From contig QPMI01000424.1 of the NCBI GenBank assembly GCA_004431415.1, positions 15,654-79,653 of the forward strand: DNA of 64,000 bases. Direction: 5' to 3'. This document shows positions 18,612 through 29,191 of this stretch, piece after piece. This DNA comes from Cyanophora paradoxa CCMP329 (lineage: Eukaryota; Plantae; Glaucophyta). The translations under genes were made by a program, and so were the position numbers. Every line of letters begins with the position of its first letter. Position 1 is the stretch's first letter. Under the pieces are notes generated by a model that saw only the letters and a list, made by a program, of their open reading frames with translations, did not search any database and was not told the DNA's origin.

Positions 18612-21600
18612 ATGTCGTTCCTGAATCCGAGACCCGATGCACGAGTAATTAATTCGACCACGCAGATAGAGGACACTGACCAGGTAAACACCGAAATTCG
18701 TGGGTCTATCAGAATAAATTACAATGCAGACCGCGAAGATCCAGTCAGTGGAACACCGAGCAGACCCGCAGCTTTGCAGTTAATGAACGTCGAGAAGGGG
18801 GATCATAAACTTGGAATCGACTTTTTACTTGATGATAACGAGCGAAACAGAGTTGCCAGCATCCAGGCGACTCGGCAGTTACCGAAAACGGTGCGCTATA
18901 ATCGCAGGAACATTCCCAAAGCATTCGACAAGGGTCGCTTAAACTTCTTTATCCAAGATGAAAGCGGTTTCCAAAATGCAGCTATGAGAATCGTGGATAA
19001 TAGCACGCTTATAGCCGGGGTTTCAAACAGACAGACAAAGGTAGAAATTGTTCACGGTTTATCTACAAGTAATTTGACAGCAAGTAACATTACCACGAAT
19101 ACCCTAAACGTAAACTCGCTTAACTCTGAGTCGTTTTTCGCCACTAATGTCGCTACATGCAATCTAACCCTTGATTCATTTATAATTCAGAAGAGCAACA
19201 CTGTTCCCCAAATCACAGAGGGCGTTTTTACAGTAGATCCCGCGAAACCAGTGTTAGAGATCCTCGAAAACGGGAGCGTTGTAAATATAATTGGTGCCAA
19301 TGCCCCGAATGTGCGATCCATAGCTCTTGATAAAACGACTATCTCGTTTGCTGAGGAAGTTCCGACATTTACCACAGAGAAACAAGCACTGAGAACCGAT
19401 CACGTTCACATTACCAGACAAAATGTAAACGATCTTTTGGGCAAGGACATTGTAAAGGCGTTTTTGGAGTTCGAGAGGAACAAGAACACCAAAGATTCCA
19501 GCCAGGATGGAACCCTCACGACTCACACAACCGAAATAGCCGCAATACAATCGGAGATTAATGCACTGTTTGCAGCAGATGGAGCGCTTGCAATTACCTT
19601 AGCCCATATTCTATCGAAAAGGAACATTTACCCCGCGACTGATAACACATACCGAGTTGGTCTCTCGAATCTGAGATGGTCAGAGGTGCATGGAGTTTCC
19701 ATGTTTGCCTCCAATTTAATCCTTCCATTAAATCACTCACTCCGACCTAATCAGATTCTTACCAATGATAATGCACTGATCAGCTACACCGACTATAATA
19801 GTAATCTTTCCCGCTCGGTTTCGCAAACTGAGACCTACACTGTCGAGGGATACCCTCAGCAGCTCGCAAATGGGGTCTATGTCGCTTATGTAGGCAAACC
19901 TACATATACATTCACTTGGGATCAGTTGGGTGTCACAGGTTTCGAGACGAATATACCCACTGTTTCATTGGTGGATCACACTACTTATTATAATCCTATC
20001 TATAACAATAATGAATCTAATAAAGCATTTATCCAAAATGTCACCTCCACAGGGTTTCAGGTTTCGTTTGTCATTAACGAGACATACAATTTACTTATCA
20101 TCCGAAACAACTCATTTAGTTCCGAAGCTACTATTAGTTTCACTCTCACCATCAATTACATTAGCCCTGTATTCGATAGCAAACCCAGAGTAAAGGTTTA
20201 CCGAGATTTACAAGGTAGCAATATCGTTCCTTTCTCACAGAATTTCGATCTTGGGGCGAATTCTTTGAGGTGGAACACAGTTTACTCAATGAATGCAAAC
20301 ACCTGTAATATTGTGGTCGCAGGTTCATCGGCTACTATTGGAGATCTGACCGCCCCTTTCAAAAGGAGTATCTTAAAGAGCTGTATATTACAAAGTCTGA
20401 TTTACCAGATGCTATTTCGTTGGTGCTCTCCCCGACTCCCAGCATCTCATACCACAATGTGAAAGACACCAGTAATGTAGTGCAGAGGGGAAGCAAAGTA
20501 TTCCAGGCATCCGAGATATCAGCAACAACATATAGATACCTTGCAGCGGTTCCAGCGAATTTTAATTTCACATTTGAGACACCATTTGTTTCCCCTCCTA
20601 CTATTGAAATTACCGACACGAATTTGTATGTGGTAAATGATGGGTCAGCTACATCACTTCAAAATGCACCAGCCGGCTACTCTCCATTTGTCGCAACAAA
20701 TATAACAACAACCGGCTTTACACTTGTCGGAAATGCAACAGTGACCTATGCTCTGTCAGGATATCCTGTTGGGTTGTATTTTTCGAAATTTAATCTCTCT
20801 GTTATCCCAGCAGTGTCTCTTGCTCCTCCCTTTACTATCAGTTGGAAGGCAACAGGAACTATTCCACGATTTGACCCCGAAGATCGATTAAAAATAAGGT
20901 ATCCTCTCGATGTTACCGACATTCATACTACGAGAATAAATGGGCAGAATTTCGTATTTAATGGAACCAATGCGACTCTGATCGATAATCGAGTTACAAA
21001 TAATTACTTTTTCGATTCTCGATATATTAATACTTGCAATATTGTCATACAAAACACGTTTGAAAATCGCAGTAAGACCTTAACAGTCACCTTGCCCACT
21101 CACTCGAATGTCTCAGATGGATTTCACTATTATCTTTTCAATCGTAATTACACCTCATATATTCCATATCCTTCTGAGACTGTCAACATGAGCTATCCCA
21201 GAGTCACCCTAACATCGACCAATGCTGACTTCTTTGGATCCACGGACTTTATGACCTTCTTTGCTTTCACATCGTCCACAGATGGTCTCTTAGTTTATTA
21301 CACTTTCAGGTATGATGCTGTTTGGACTCAGCTTGACAGCCACCCAAATACAGATGTAATTGAAGTGGGCGATAAGAAATATATTAAAACCGCTTCCCCA
21401 TGGGTGTGCACTGTCCGGCTCGATGATAGATACACTCCCAACCTAAATAACATTGGAATGCACTCGACTTGCAATATTTATGTGCAAGGTGCAATTTCGG
21501 CTACCAAATATTTCGAGGGTGGGAACTGTGATGCAGCCCATAGGTTGCTATCGAGAAATGGACTCTTTGAGTCATTTAGTGGGACAGCTCTACCCCCTTT

Positions 21601-22318
21601 CATCAGGGACACAGTCTATGATACTACATGCAATATTTGGGTGTGCCGATCTGTGAGCAACCCGCCTGTAACACAGGAATTATACAAGTATCTCGCAGAT
21701 AAATATGGTGCAATCGCAGGCTCATCAACAGGAAATCCAGCGACGGCTCCCATCGTGTTTGCAAATGCATACACAGCGCCAACGTCGTTAGCAGGGTCGA
21801 CAGAGCCGCCACCAAACGATCCCAATCCGAACCAGCCTAACCCAGATCCCGATTCAAAAGATCCCCCTACAACTGATCCAGATCCGAACACGACACCTAA
21901 TAATCCCTCAAATCCTACAAATCCAGTCGGATCGCCAGGAATGGATCCCGGGACGTTAGTGCTTCTCATTCTCTTGCCAATTCTCGGTGCCCTTGGACTT
22001 GTGCTTGCATACAAATTCCGAGCTTTATGTTGTGCTTGCATAGACAGAACCATTGCAGGAGCAGGTAATAAATACTCAACGCCTGAACTGAATGTGACCC
22101 AAACAGCCGAAGGAGATGTGGGGTTAGAGGTGAGGTCAGCCGAGGGGCATGGTCTTAGTGTAGTGAGAACTGATCAACCACCAGCAAGTAGGGCAGCACC
22201 CAAAAAATCGCGAGCAGAACGAATGGCTGAATCAATAATAAAAGATAATGCAGACTTTATGGCGGAAATGGCACAGCGAGAAGGGAGAATATATGAACAT
22301 GTTCCAAATGTTATGTAG
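18612..22318 (+). CDS. Large fibre/spike-like protein with a Pro-rich linker and a C-terminal hydrophobic helix (one frameshift near 20361)
   Basis: Joins ORFs 18372-20462 and 20420-22318. The Element 2 copy is a single ORF with A5 where this copy has A4. Contains phage-fibre-like P..N.(Y/F).+G....RW motifs. Confidence 0.8.
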
Positions 22319-22356
22319 CGATCCTAATTTTTGTAGTATGCCTTAATAGAGAAATA

Positions 22357-23895
22357 ATGACGGAACCCATAGTAGAAACGACAGTAAAGAATGCTGTATT
22401 GGATAATCAATTTTATATAACCCATGCCAATATACCCAGTGAATCCAATGACCTAATTGTTAATCTAAAAGGCTATGTGATGGGAGCTATGGCTTCTAAC
22501 CTATGGAATGACCTTTTCGGTTACGAGTTTGGTCACATCTATGACATTGCAAATGGGATCGGCTATGTGGATGCGATGGCAGGCACAGCCTTTCGAAATC
22601 TAAATTGCAACTGTGTGGGTGGGTGGATGTTTCAGATCTGTTCAAATGTCGATCCTACTATTGATCCCGCCACGATAACCTTTGATTGCAATCTGTTTGC
22701 CCCCAAAACCATTTTCTCCATCACTTGCAATCTCGTTAATTCGGATGTGCCCATTGTGGCACCTCTCATGGGTGCATCCAATATGTATATTCGAAGATAC
22801 CCTGTTGTTCACACAGGTGGAGAGTATGTGATCCCAGATGATCCAGCTATAATGCCTATTAAAATCGATCTCCCTTCGGATTATGTAGGGAGGGGGGAAC
22901 TGAAAACCGTTTCATTTACAGGAGACTATAATGATCTCATTAATAAACCCACCGCAGCAAATCTACACCCTGTTGCATTTTCGGGGAGTTTCCTCGACCT
23001 TAATAATAGATCACACACCCACACAAAGGCAGAAATCACAGATTTTGCACACACTCACACCAAATCACAAATTACAGATTTTGCACACTATCACACCCGA
23101 GCAGACATTACGAATTTCGCTCACACTCATGTTAAATCAGAGATTTTAGATCTCGGAAATGTTGCATATGTTGGTCACACCCACACCAAGGCAGAGATTA
23201 CAGATCTTGGAAATGTTGCATATGTAGGTCACACCCACACTAAGGCAGAGATTACAGATTTTGCACACACTCATGATTGGAATACAGATATCTATAACAA
23301 ACCTGCAATTTTCTCAGGAAACTACAATGATTTGACCAATAGACCAACTCTTGATCCTTTCACAGCCACCACAATCAGAGCCAACAACACAATGTATGTA
23401 GGATCAGGTCAGATTGTAGAACCAGCAGGACCTATGTTTGAAGAAACATGGTTCTTCCACAATTCGCAGAATTACTTTGATAAAACCTTACTTGTTCGTG
23501 GAAATGCCTATGCAAGAAATTTCTATGCTATGAACCCCTCAAATAATGCGACCATCAGTCGATGTATTACAGAGGCAGATCTTTCCAGTCAACTCAATGC
23601 ATATTTTAATGGGAAAATCCAAGCAGGAACGTATGTTTACACTACTCCTTATCTTTGGGCAAATCCTGACCATAGGTTTAACCTCACTATTAATTTCAAC
23701 AGCAGCTTTGCTAACCCTCCTATTGTAACAACTGGTATACAACACAATGAGACAGCCTACTACTACCGCATGTATGTAAGGCTTAAACAAGTTTACAGTA
23801 GCTATTTCACTTGTGAGCTTGACATAGTTCCATTAAGTTCTTTTGACAGACCAGGATTTCCAGTTACAATTCATTACACTGCTGTCGCAATTTAA
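22357..23895 (+). CDS. Fibre-like protein with HTHTKAEITD repeats
   Basis: His-x-His repeats, SG.YNDL.NKP phage-fibre motifs, and a C-terminal F..SF.NPP.V domain. Confidence 0.8.
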   Translation: MTEPIVETTVKNAVLDNQFYITHANIPSESNDLIVNLKGYVMGAMASNLWNDLFGYEFGHIYDIANGIGYVDAMAGTAFRNLNCNCVGGWMFQICSNVDPTIDPATITFDCNLFAPKTIFSITCNLVNSDVPIVAPLMGASNMYIRRYPVVHTGGEYVIPDDPAIMPIKIDLPSDYVGRGELKTVSFTGDYNDLINKPTAANLHPVAFSGSFLDLNNRSHTHTKAEITDFAHTHTKSQITDFAHYHTRADITNFAHTHVKSEILDLGNVAYVGHTHTKAEITDLGNVAYVGHTHTKAEITDFAHTHDWNTDIYNKPAIFSGNYNDLTNRPTLDPFTATTIRANNTMYVGSGQIVEPAGPMFEETWFFHNSQNYFDKTLLVRGNAYARNFYAMNPSNNATISRCITEADLSSQLNAYFNGKIQAGTYVYTTPYLWANPDHRFNLTINFNSSFANPPIVTTGIQHNETAYYYRMYVRLKQVYSSYFTCELDIVPLSSFDRPGFPVTIHYTAVAI

Positions 23896-23914
23896 CTATT
23901 TGATTAATATAAAG

Positions 23915-24988
23915 ATGACCTCTGTATTAGAGATCCCAAACTATGAACTTGCAGCAAAATCACTACACAGCACCTCTCATGAAGTAGTTGATTCTACACC
24001 CGGGTTTATTTGCACTGAAACTTCAAGTAATACCTCTTTCACAGAGAATAATATACTCAGAGTCAAAGAGATTCGATGTGATCGCAATGGAGGCAAGATA
24101 AGAACCACAGGAATTATTATCTCGAATAAAAATCAAGTTCAAGCAGGTCAAGTAGTCCCAGATTCAGCAGTGTATGATAATGTGGGTGGATTCACCACAG
24201 CAAAGATAGTAACTTTCGATAACACAATAAATAATTCGGCTCTTGTTGTCAAGAGTGGAGGAGCATACATTGGAGATGGGGCAATTGTGGTGGGGACTGT
24301 TACAGCAAATCAATTGAATGTGAGTGGGACAAGTTCATTTACAGGATTGATGACCTTTAATGGAGGTCTATCAGGAAGTATTCAGTATGGAACTCTCACA
24401 CTGTCAACAAGACTAACAACTCCTGAGAGTAACACAATTGCAGACACCAACTTCATTTACAAACGAAATGGAAGCGCAATTGTGACATTACAAAATATTC
24501 AAACAACACCATCAAATAGAGAAGCAATCGTATTTTCATCAGGTAGCTATCTGAAACGAAATGGTTGCCCTCGTTTTATGGCTTCGGCAATGACAGCAAA
24601 TGCAGCAGTAGCTCTTCTTGGTAAAACTTCGGCAAGTTCCTTCCCATTCACAGGCATTCTCATCAACCATGGAAATCGCTTTGCTGGTGCTACTGGAACG
24701 TTTACAGCTCCCATTACAGGAACCTATCGCTTTTTTTTCAACATTGAAACAACAAACAATGATGGGATGAACGGAACCATAGTCCTCAATATACGAAAAA
24801 ATGGTGCATCTTCGACAAACGAGGCAACTGGGACATTTTCATCCTCTGTATCAAGGCTCAATATTTCATACGAATGCATCATCGACCTCGCTGCAAATGA
24901 TTGGGTCAGAGTGTATAACAACTCTGCCACTGGGATTGAATACACCAATCGATCTCACTTTGGAGGAATGCTGATAAGCGCCACATAA
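23915..24988 (+). CDS. Fibre protein with C1q/TNF-like head (A)
   Basis: FTAPITGTYRF, L.ANDWVRV and FGGMLI. Confidence 0.85.
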   Translation: MTSVLEIPNYELAAKSLHSTSHEVVDSTPGFICTETSSNTSFTENNILRVKEIRCDRNGGKIRTTGIIISNKNQVQAGQVVPDSAVYDNVGGFTTAKIVTFDNTINNSALVVKSGGAYIGDGAIVVGTVTANQLNVSGTSSFTGLMTFNGGLSGSIQYGTLTLSTRLTTPESNTIADTNFIYKRNGSAIVTLQNIQTTPSNREAIVFSSGSYLKRNGCPRFMASAMTANAAVALLGKTSASSFPFTGILINHGNRFAGATGTFTAPITGTYRFFFNIETTNNDGMNGTIVLNIRKNGASSTNEATGTFSSSVSRLNISYECIIDLAANDWVRVYNNSATGIEYTNRSHFGGMLISAT

Positions 24989-25010
24989 TATTGTTACTTT
25001 AAAGTAAAGA

Positions 25011-26030
25011 ATGTCCACACAAATTGCTGTTCCTGTTTTCTGTTATGCCGCCCCAAAATTGCATCAGCTCAACCACACAGTAACAGATGCAACCCCTGGG
25101 TTTATTTGCACAGAATCCACAGGAGCTGATTCATTTTCTCAAAATTCGGTGATCAGATGCAAAGAGATACGATGTGATCGCAATAATGGAAAGGTGAGAA
25201 CCACTGGTTTAATTGTGTCAAATAAGAACCAAGTCCAATCGGGATCGATTGTATCAGATTCAGCAATTTATGATGATGTGGGAGGGTTCACCACACCCAA
25301 AATTATTACTTTTGACAACACCATTAATAACTCTGCTCTTGTAGTAAGAAGTGGAGGAGCCTACATTGGAGATGGGGCAAAGATTGATGGGACACTTACA
25401 GCATCTCAACTTTCCGTGACAGGGACAACCACTTTCACAGGATTAGTAACAGCAAGTGGTGGAGTCTCAGTATCAACCACCTCTCAACCCACCATTACTG
25501 CAACTACAAGGTTAGTAACCCCTGAAATCGATACAGGGGCAAATGTTGATCTTGTGTTGAAGCGAAATAGCAATACAGTAGCAACACTTGAACCCAATTC
25601 ATTAACAATTAATACAGGTTGTTATTTAAAGAACAGCTTCCAACCAAGGTTCTGCTTCCGATTGGGATATAATCACACTGCAACTTCTTCGACCGCTCTC
25701 ATTAATTGGGCAACAGATATTGTTAATGTCACTGGATCTTTCACTGGGTCATCTGGAAGATTTACAGCTCCTGTTGCTGGACATTATCGATTCTCAGTTT
25801 ATACCAACTCAACAACATCATCCGCAATTCAGCTTTTTTTCAAATTGAATGATGCCGACCCTGGGGGCATTTCTCTAACTGCTTCACACACAGGCACATT
25901 AATAAAACCTCTTCATCTGTCTTGCATTCTCAATCTTGCAGCTAATGAGTATGTTACAGTTTGGACAGGAACCACAGGCACATATTCCTCTGCAACAACA
26001 TTCTGTGGAGAGCTGATCAGTATAACATAA
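25011..26030 (+). CDS. Fibre protein with C1q/TNF-like head (B)
   Basis: FTAPVAGHYRF, L.ANEYV.V and FCGELI. N-terminus paralogous to fibre A. Confidence 0.85.
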   Translation: MSTQIAVPVFCYAAPKLHQLNHTVTDATPGFICTESTGADSFSQNSVIRCKEIRCDRNNGKVRTTGLIVSNKNQVQSGSIVSDSAIYDDVGGFTTPKIITFDNTINNSALVVRSGGAYIGDGAKIDGTLTASQLSVTGTTTFTGLVTASGGVSVSTTSQPTITATTRLVTPEIDTGANVDLVLKRNSNTVATLEPNSLTINTGCYLKNSFQPRFCFRLGYNHTATSSTALINWATDIVNVTGSFTGSSGRFTAPVAGHYRFSVYTNSTTSSAIQLFFKLNDADPGGISLTASHTGTLIKPLHLSCILNLAANEYVTVWTGTTGTYSSATTFCGELISIT

Positions 26031-26051
26031 ATTTCTCTTGTTATAGTAAGA

Positions 26052-26315
26052 ATGTCGAATATCTACCAAGTAGTTCTTTCAGATACTGAGAAATTGGGAA
26101 TGGAGTTCTGCGCTGCATCTGTTCAGGATTGGATCGATAATGCTGCCCATAACAGAGCAAGAATTGCAATTGATGAGATTGTTCAGAAAGAAATCCACTC
26201 TTGCATCTCAGGTGGAGTTCAAATACCAACCTCAAAGGAAGCGATTGTATTACAGGCATTCCAAAGGGGAACTGTGAAGAAAGCAATTGAATATAATACA
26301 GTTGCTGAGGAATGA
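26052..26315 (+). CDS. Small conserved protein, putative fibre accessory or chaperone
   Basis: QDWIDNAAHNRARIAIDEIV. Follows the C1q genes in all three elements. Confidence 0.75.
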   Translation: MSNIYQVVLSDTEKLGMEFCAASVQDWIDNAAHNRARIAIDEIVQKEIHSCISGGVQIPTSKEAIVLQAFQRGTVKKAIEYNTVAEE

Positions 26316-26356
26316 AGTCTAAATTAATTGGTTTTTCATATAGCATGCATAGAAAG

Positions 26357-27291
26357 GCATGTATCTTGCATAGTGGGCGGGGCGCGAGTGTATTTTAACG
26401 TGGTCTATCGTCGTACTTTGTCGTAAATATGCTAATCGTACATTTCGATTCGTACATTTCGATTGAAGTACATTTCGATTGAAGTACATTTCGATTGAAG
26501 TCGCAAGTTTGTGCAGGTGGGCATTTTCGGCATGCTTGCTCATGCACAAACTTGCTTTAAAAAATATACAATTAAATTCTGTTTAACTCTTACGAGTTTT
26601 GCTATAACACTCTCGGCATTGATAGTTGAGACCATCCTTCGTTCTTTGTCTTTTATTAAACTCACTTGCAAGCTTCTCAATCTTGCAGTGCGAGCATATC
26701 TTCGATTGTACTTCGATTTTCGGACGCGTTTTTAACACACAATGATAAAGGTAATTGTGATACTCTCGGTCGCAGTCTTTGCATCTCCAATTCAAAAGTA
26801 TATTCCCTGAGCTACGCTTTTGCAATGCGTAACTCGATGCCGGTTTTACCTTATCGCAAACATTGCACCGCTTAGTCTCAGGTAGATTTACTTGATTGCT
26901 TGCCATTGTTACATTATACATTCGGGAAGTCTTTAAGTGGGGATCACTTGTTTAATTGGTGGGGTCTACCTGGATTTTTCAATTTGGGTAACTGAAAACA
27001 GTTTGGAAACGATCGGGAACATTTCGTAAAAATAAGGGTCTTACTGTCCTTACTGAGAGATTGGGGGAGGGTTAAAGGGCTTACTGAGAATGGTAAGGAA
27101 TTAGAAAAATGGAGAATTAAAGGGTTTCGTGATTGGTTTCAGTAAGGAAGGGTTAGATGTTTGAAAAATATAGTGTGGCTCAGTGCGAATTTATGATTTT
27201 CGCACTGAGAATTGTGGGAGATGTAAGACCTGCTTATTGACATGGTCGGCTTTTTTTGCGCGCAATTGGTGGGGTCTACCCCCGAGCGAGC
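26357..27291 (-). repeat. Right terminal inverted repeat of Element 1 (935 bp)
   Basis: Reverse complement of 1633-2567. Identical ORF translations appear at both ends in the ORF track. Confidence 0.95.
26583..26921 (-). CDS. Second copy of the TIR zinc-finger protein
   Basis: Translation identical to 2003-2341. Confidence 0.8.
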   Translation of the reverse strand: MYNVTMASNQVNLPETKRCNVCDKVKPASSYALQKRSSGNILLNWRCKDCDREYHNYLYHCVLKTRPKIEVQSKICSHCKIEKLASEFNKRQRTKDGLNYQCRECYSKTRKS

Positions 27292-27297
27292 CTTCTG
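27292..27297 (+). repeat. Target-site duplication, right copy (CTTCTG)
   Basis: Matches 1627-1632. Confidence 0.92.
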
Positions 27298-28376
27298 AAA
27301 AGCCTTTGAAGCTCAGCGGCTCGTGCGAACAGCAAGCTCAGATGGGCTTCATGATCAGGCTAGGGTCCGCTCTCCGAGGGCCCAGGCCCTGAGGGCTCGG
27401 GGGACTGAGCTGTGCCTACAGTAGCATGTGCAGTGTAATTAAGGCTAGCGCTGGAGCCGGGGTCGCCCCGTAGCTAGAGCCTTGAATTCGAAGGCACGTC
27501 GCTGGGCCGCGCGCGCAGCCGGGCCACGAGCTCGAGCTCGCAATCGAGCCTTTGATTTTGCGGCTTGCCCTGTTTGCCCTCACGGCGTCCACTCCCCCTT
27601 CTTGCTAGCACCGTCCGCGGTGCTTGCAATAGAATCTTGGAGAGAATTCAAGGCGGTGATGCCACTTTTAGCGCGCAGCCTGGCAGCGTGAGGCCTAGGG
27701 CCGGCTGCCGCGGCTCATGATCAGCAGCTGGTGGTCGCGGCCGGGCCGCGGGATTCACGCCTAGTAGGCCTTGGGCTGGAGCCGGAGCTAGCGCTCGAGC
27801 TTGCAATTGGGCCTCGATCGATCGCGAGCTCTGTCGACGTCTCCAGGCTTTTGTTTTGCAGCCTTGCCATGCATATGGCAGTACTGGTTGTACATGTGTT
27901 CCTGAGCAGCTAGCCGTGGAGCCTGCCAGGCTGCAGCGGCATGCACGCAGCTCATGATCAGCGGCTGGCATGCATATGCTCCGGATCTGGATCAGAGCTA
28001 GGCTCATGCATATGATCAGTGATCAGGGCCGAACTGATCATGAGTCACCGGTGTACCAGGCGCCGGATAGCTCAGAAATTGCAATTGCAATTGGGCGAGG
28101 CCTGCATGCGCAGCTGATCATCTCGCGCGGCGCGGTCACCGGGTCACGAGCGCTGCGCGCTGGTCGGCGTGAATTCGAAAAAGCCTCGAGCTCGGAGCTC
28201 GAGCTCGTGATCTCAGTGTTCTGGCCAAGAGTCTGCACTAGCTATAGAGTACAGAGGACATTCTTCACACAAAATTCCGGGGGACATTCTTCACACGAAA
28301 AGCTCGCAGCGTAAAGCCAAGCTTATCGCGCAGAATGTCCACGCTCGGATTCCAGCGTCCTCGCCGTCCACGGTCG

Positions 28377-28627
28377 AGCACACCCTTTCAAGAAGACAGG
28401 CTCACTACGCAGTAGTAGAGCGCTGCTTCGGGTGGCTAGCGATGCAGCGGTGACTCGAGCAGTCTGCCTCGGTCCCGGTTCGCTTTCTCTCATCTCCATC
28501 GTCGGCTGATCAAGCACGCCCTTTCAAGAAGACAGGCTCACTACGCAGTAGTAGAGCGCTGCTTCGGGCGGCTAGCGATGCAGCGGTGACTCGAGCAGTC
28601 TGCCTCGGTCCCGGTTCGCTTTCTCTC
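28377..28627 (+). repeat. Host direct repeat, 2 x about 115 bp
   Basis: 28377-28491 and 28513-28627 are nearly identical. Confidence 0.9.
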
Positions 28628-28894
28628 CGGCCGTCGCTCGGTGCCGCAGGCAGCCGAGGTGAGCAAGCTCACATCGCACGAAACCGGAGCAATCTGCCCC
28701 CGGATCGTGTTTGCGCTTTATTTGCGAGAGCAGCACGCCCCAGTCGTAACCGCGCTGAGCCAGAACCTCAGCCCGCGGCCGTGGGCGCCAGGCTAAGCCA
28801 CGCGGCTGCCCCACGTCTCCTCCGCTGAAAGATCTGCGTGCGAGCGGCTCGCCGGGCTCTATAGGTGGCCGGCGGCCGCCCGCGCTTAGTGCCG

Positions 28895-29191
28895 CGCGGC
28901 GCGAGCGAGGTCTGCGGCCGACCCCAGCAGATCAAATCTGCCGACCCCAGCAGATCAAATCTCACGGGCGAGGCGCGGCGCGCACCCCGGGAGGCCGAGC
29001 GCGTGCGCAGCGACAGCACGGGCCATGATGAACTCGGGCGCGGAGCGAGCGAGGTCCGCGGCCGACCCCAGCAGATCAAATCTGCCGACCCCAGCAGATC
29101 AAATCTCACGGGCGAGGCGCGGCGCGCACCCCGGGAGGCCGTGCGCGTGCGCAGCGACAGCACAGGCCATGATGAACTCGGGCGCGGAGCG
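28895..29191 (+). repeat. Host tandem repeat, 2 x 144 bp, with internal CCGACCCCAGCAGATCAAATCT doublets
   Basis: Read directly; it appears as a 48-aa duplication in ORF 28865-29449. Confidence 0.9.

Larger units (their letters stand above)
1633..27291. mobile_element. Element 1: complete endogenous Polinton-like virus (25,659 bp)
   Basis: Bounded by 935-bp inverted repeats and a 6-bp direct repeat CTTCTG. Visibly more AT-rich than the flanks. Encodes integrase, pPolB, packaging ATPase, MCP and pentons. No separate adenain-type protease gene recognised. Confidence 0.95.

Noticed and set aside
20350-20470. Programmed ribosomal frameshift in the large fibre gene
   Set aside because: Element 2 has one more A in the same run and is a single ORF, so an indel or read error is simpler.
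22357-26315. Diversity-generating retroelement or invertase shufflon behind fibre variation
   Set aside because: No reverse transcriptase, template/variable repeat pair or site-specific recombinase seen in the window.
1633-27291. Classification as a canonical virophage or classical animal-type Maverick
   Set aside because: No separate adenain-type maturation protease recognised, the termini are not the (AG)n type, and the MCP cannot be placed without a profile search.
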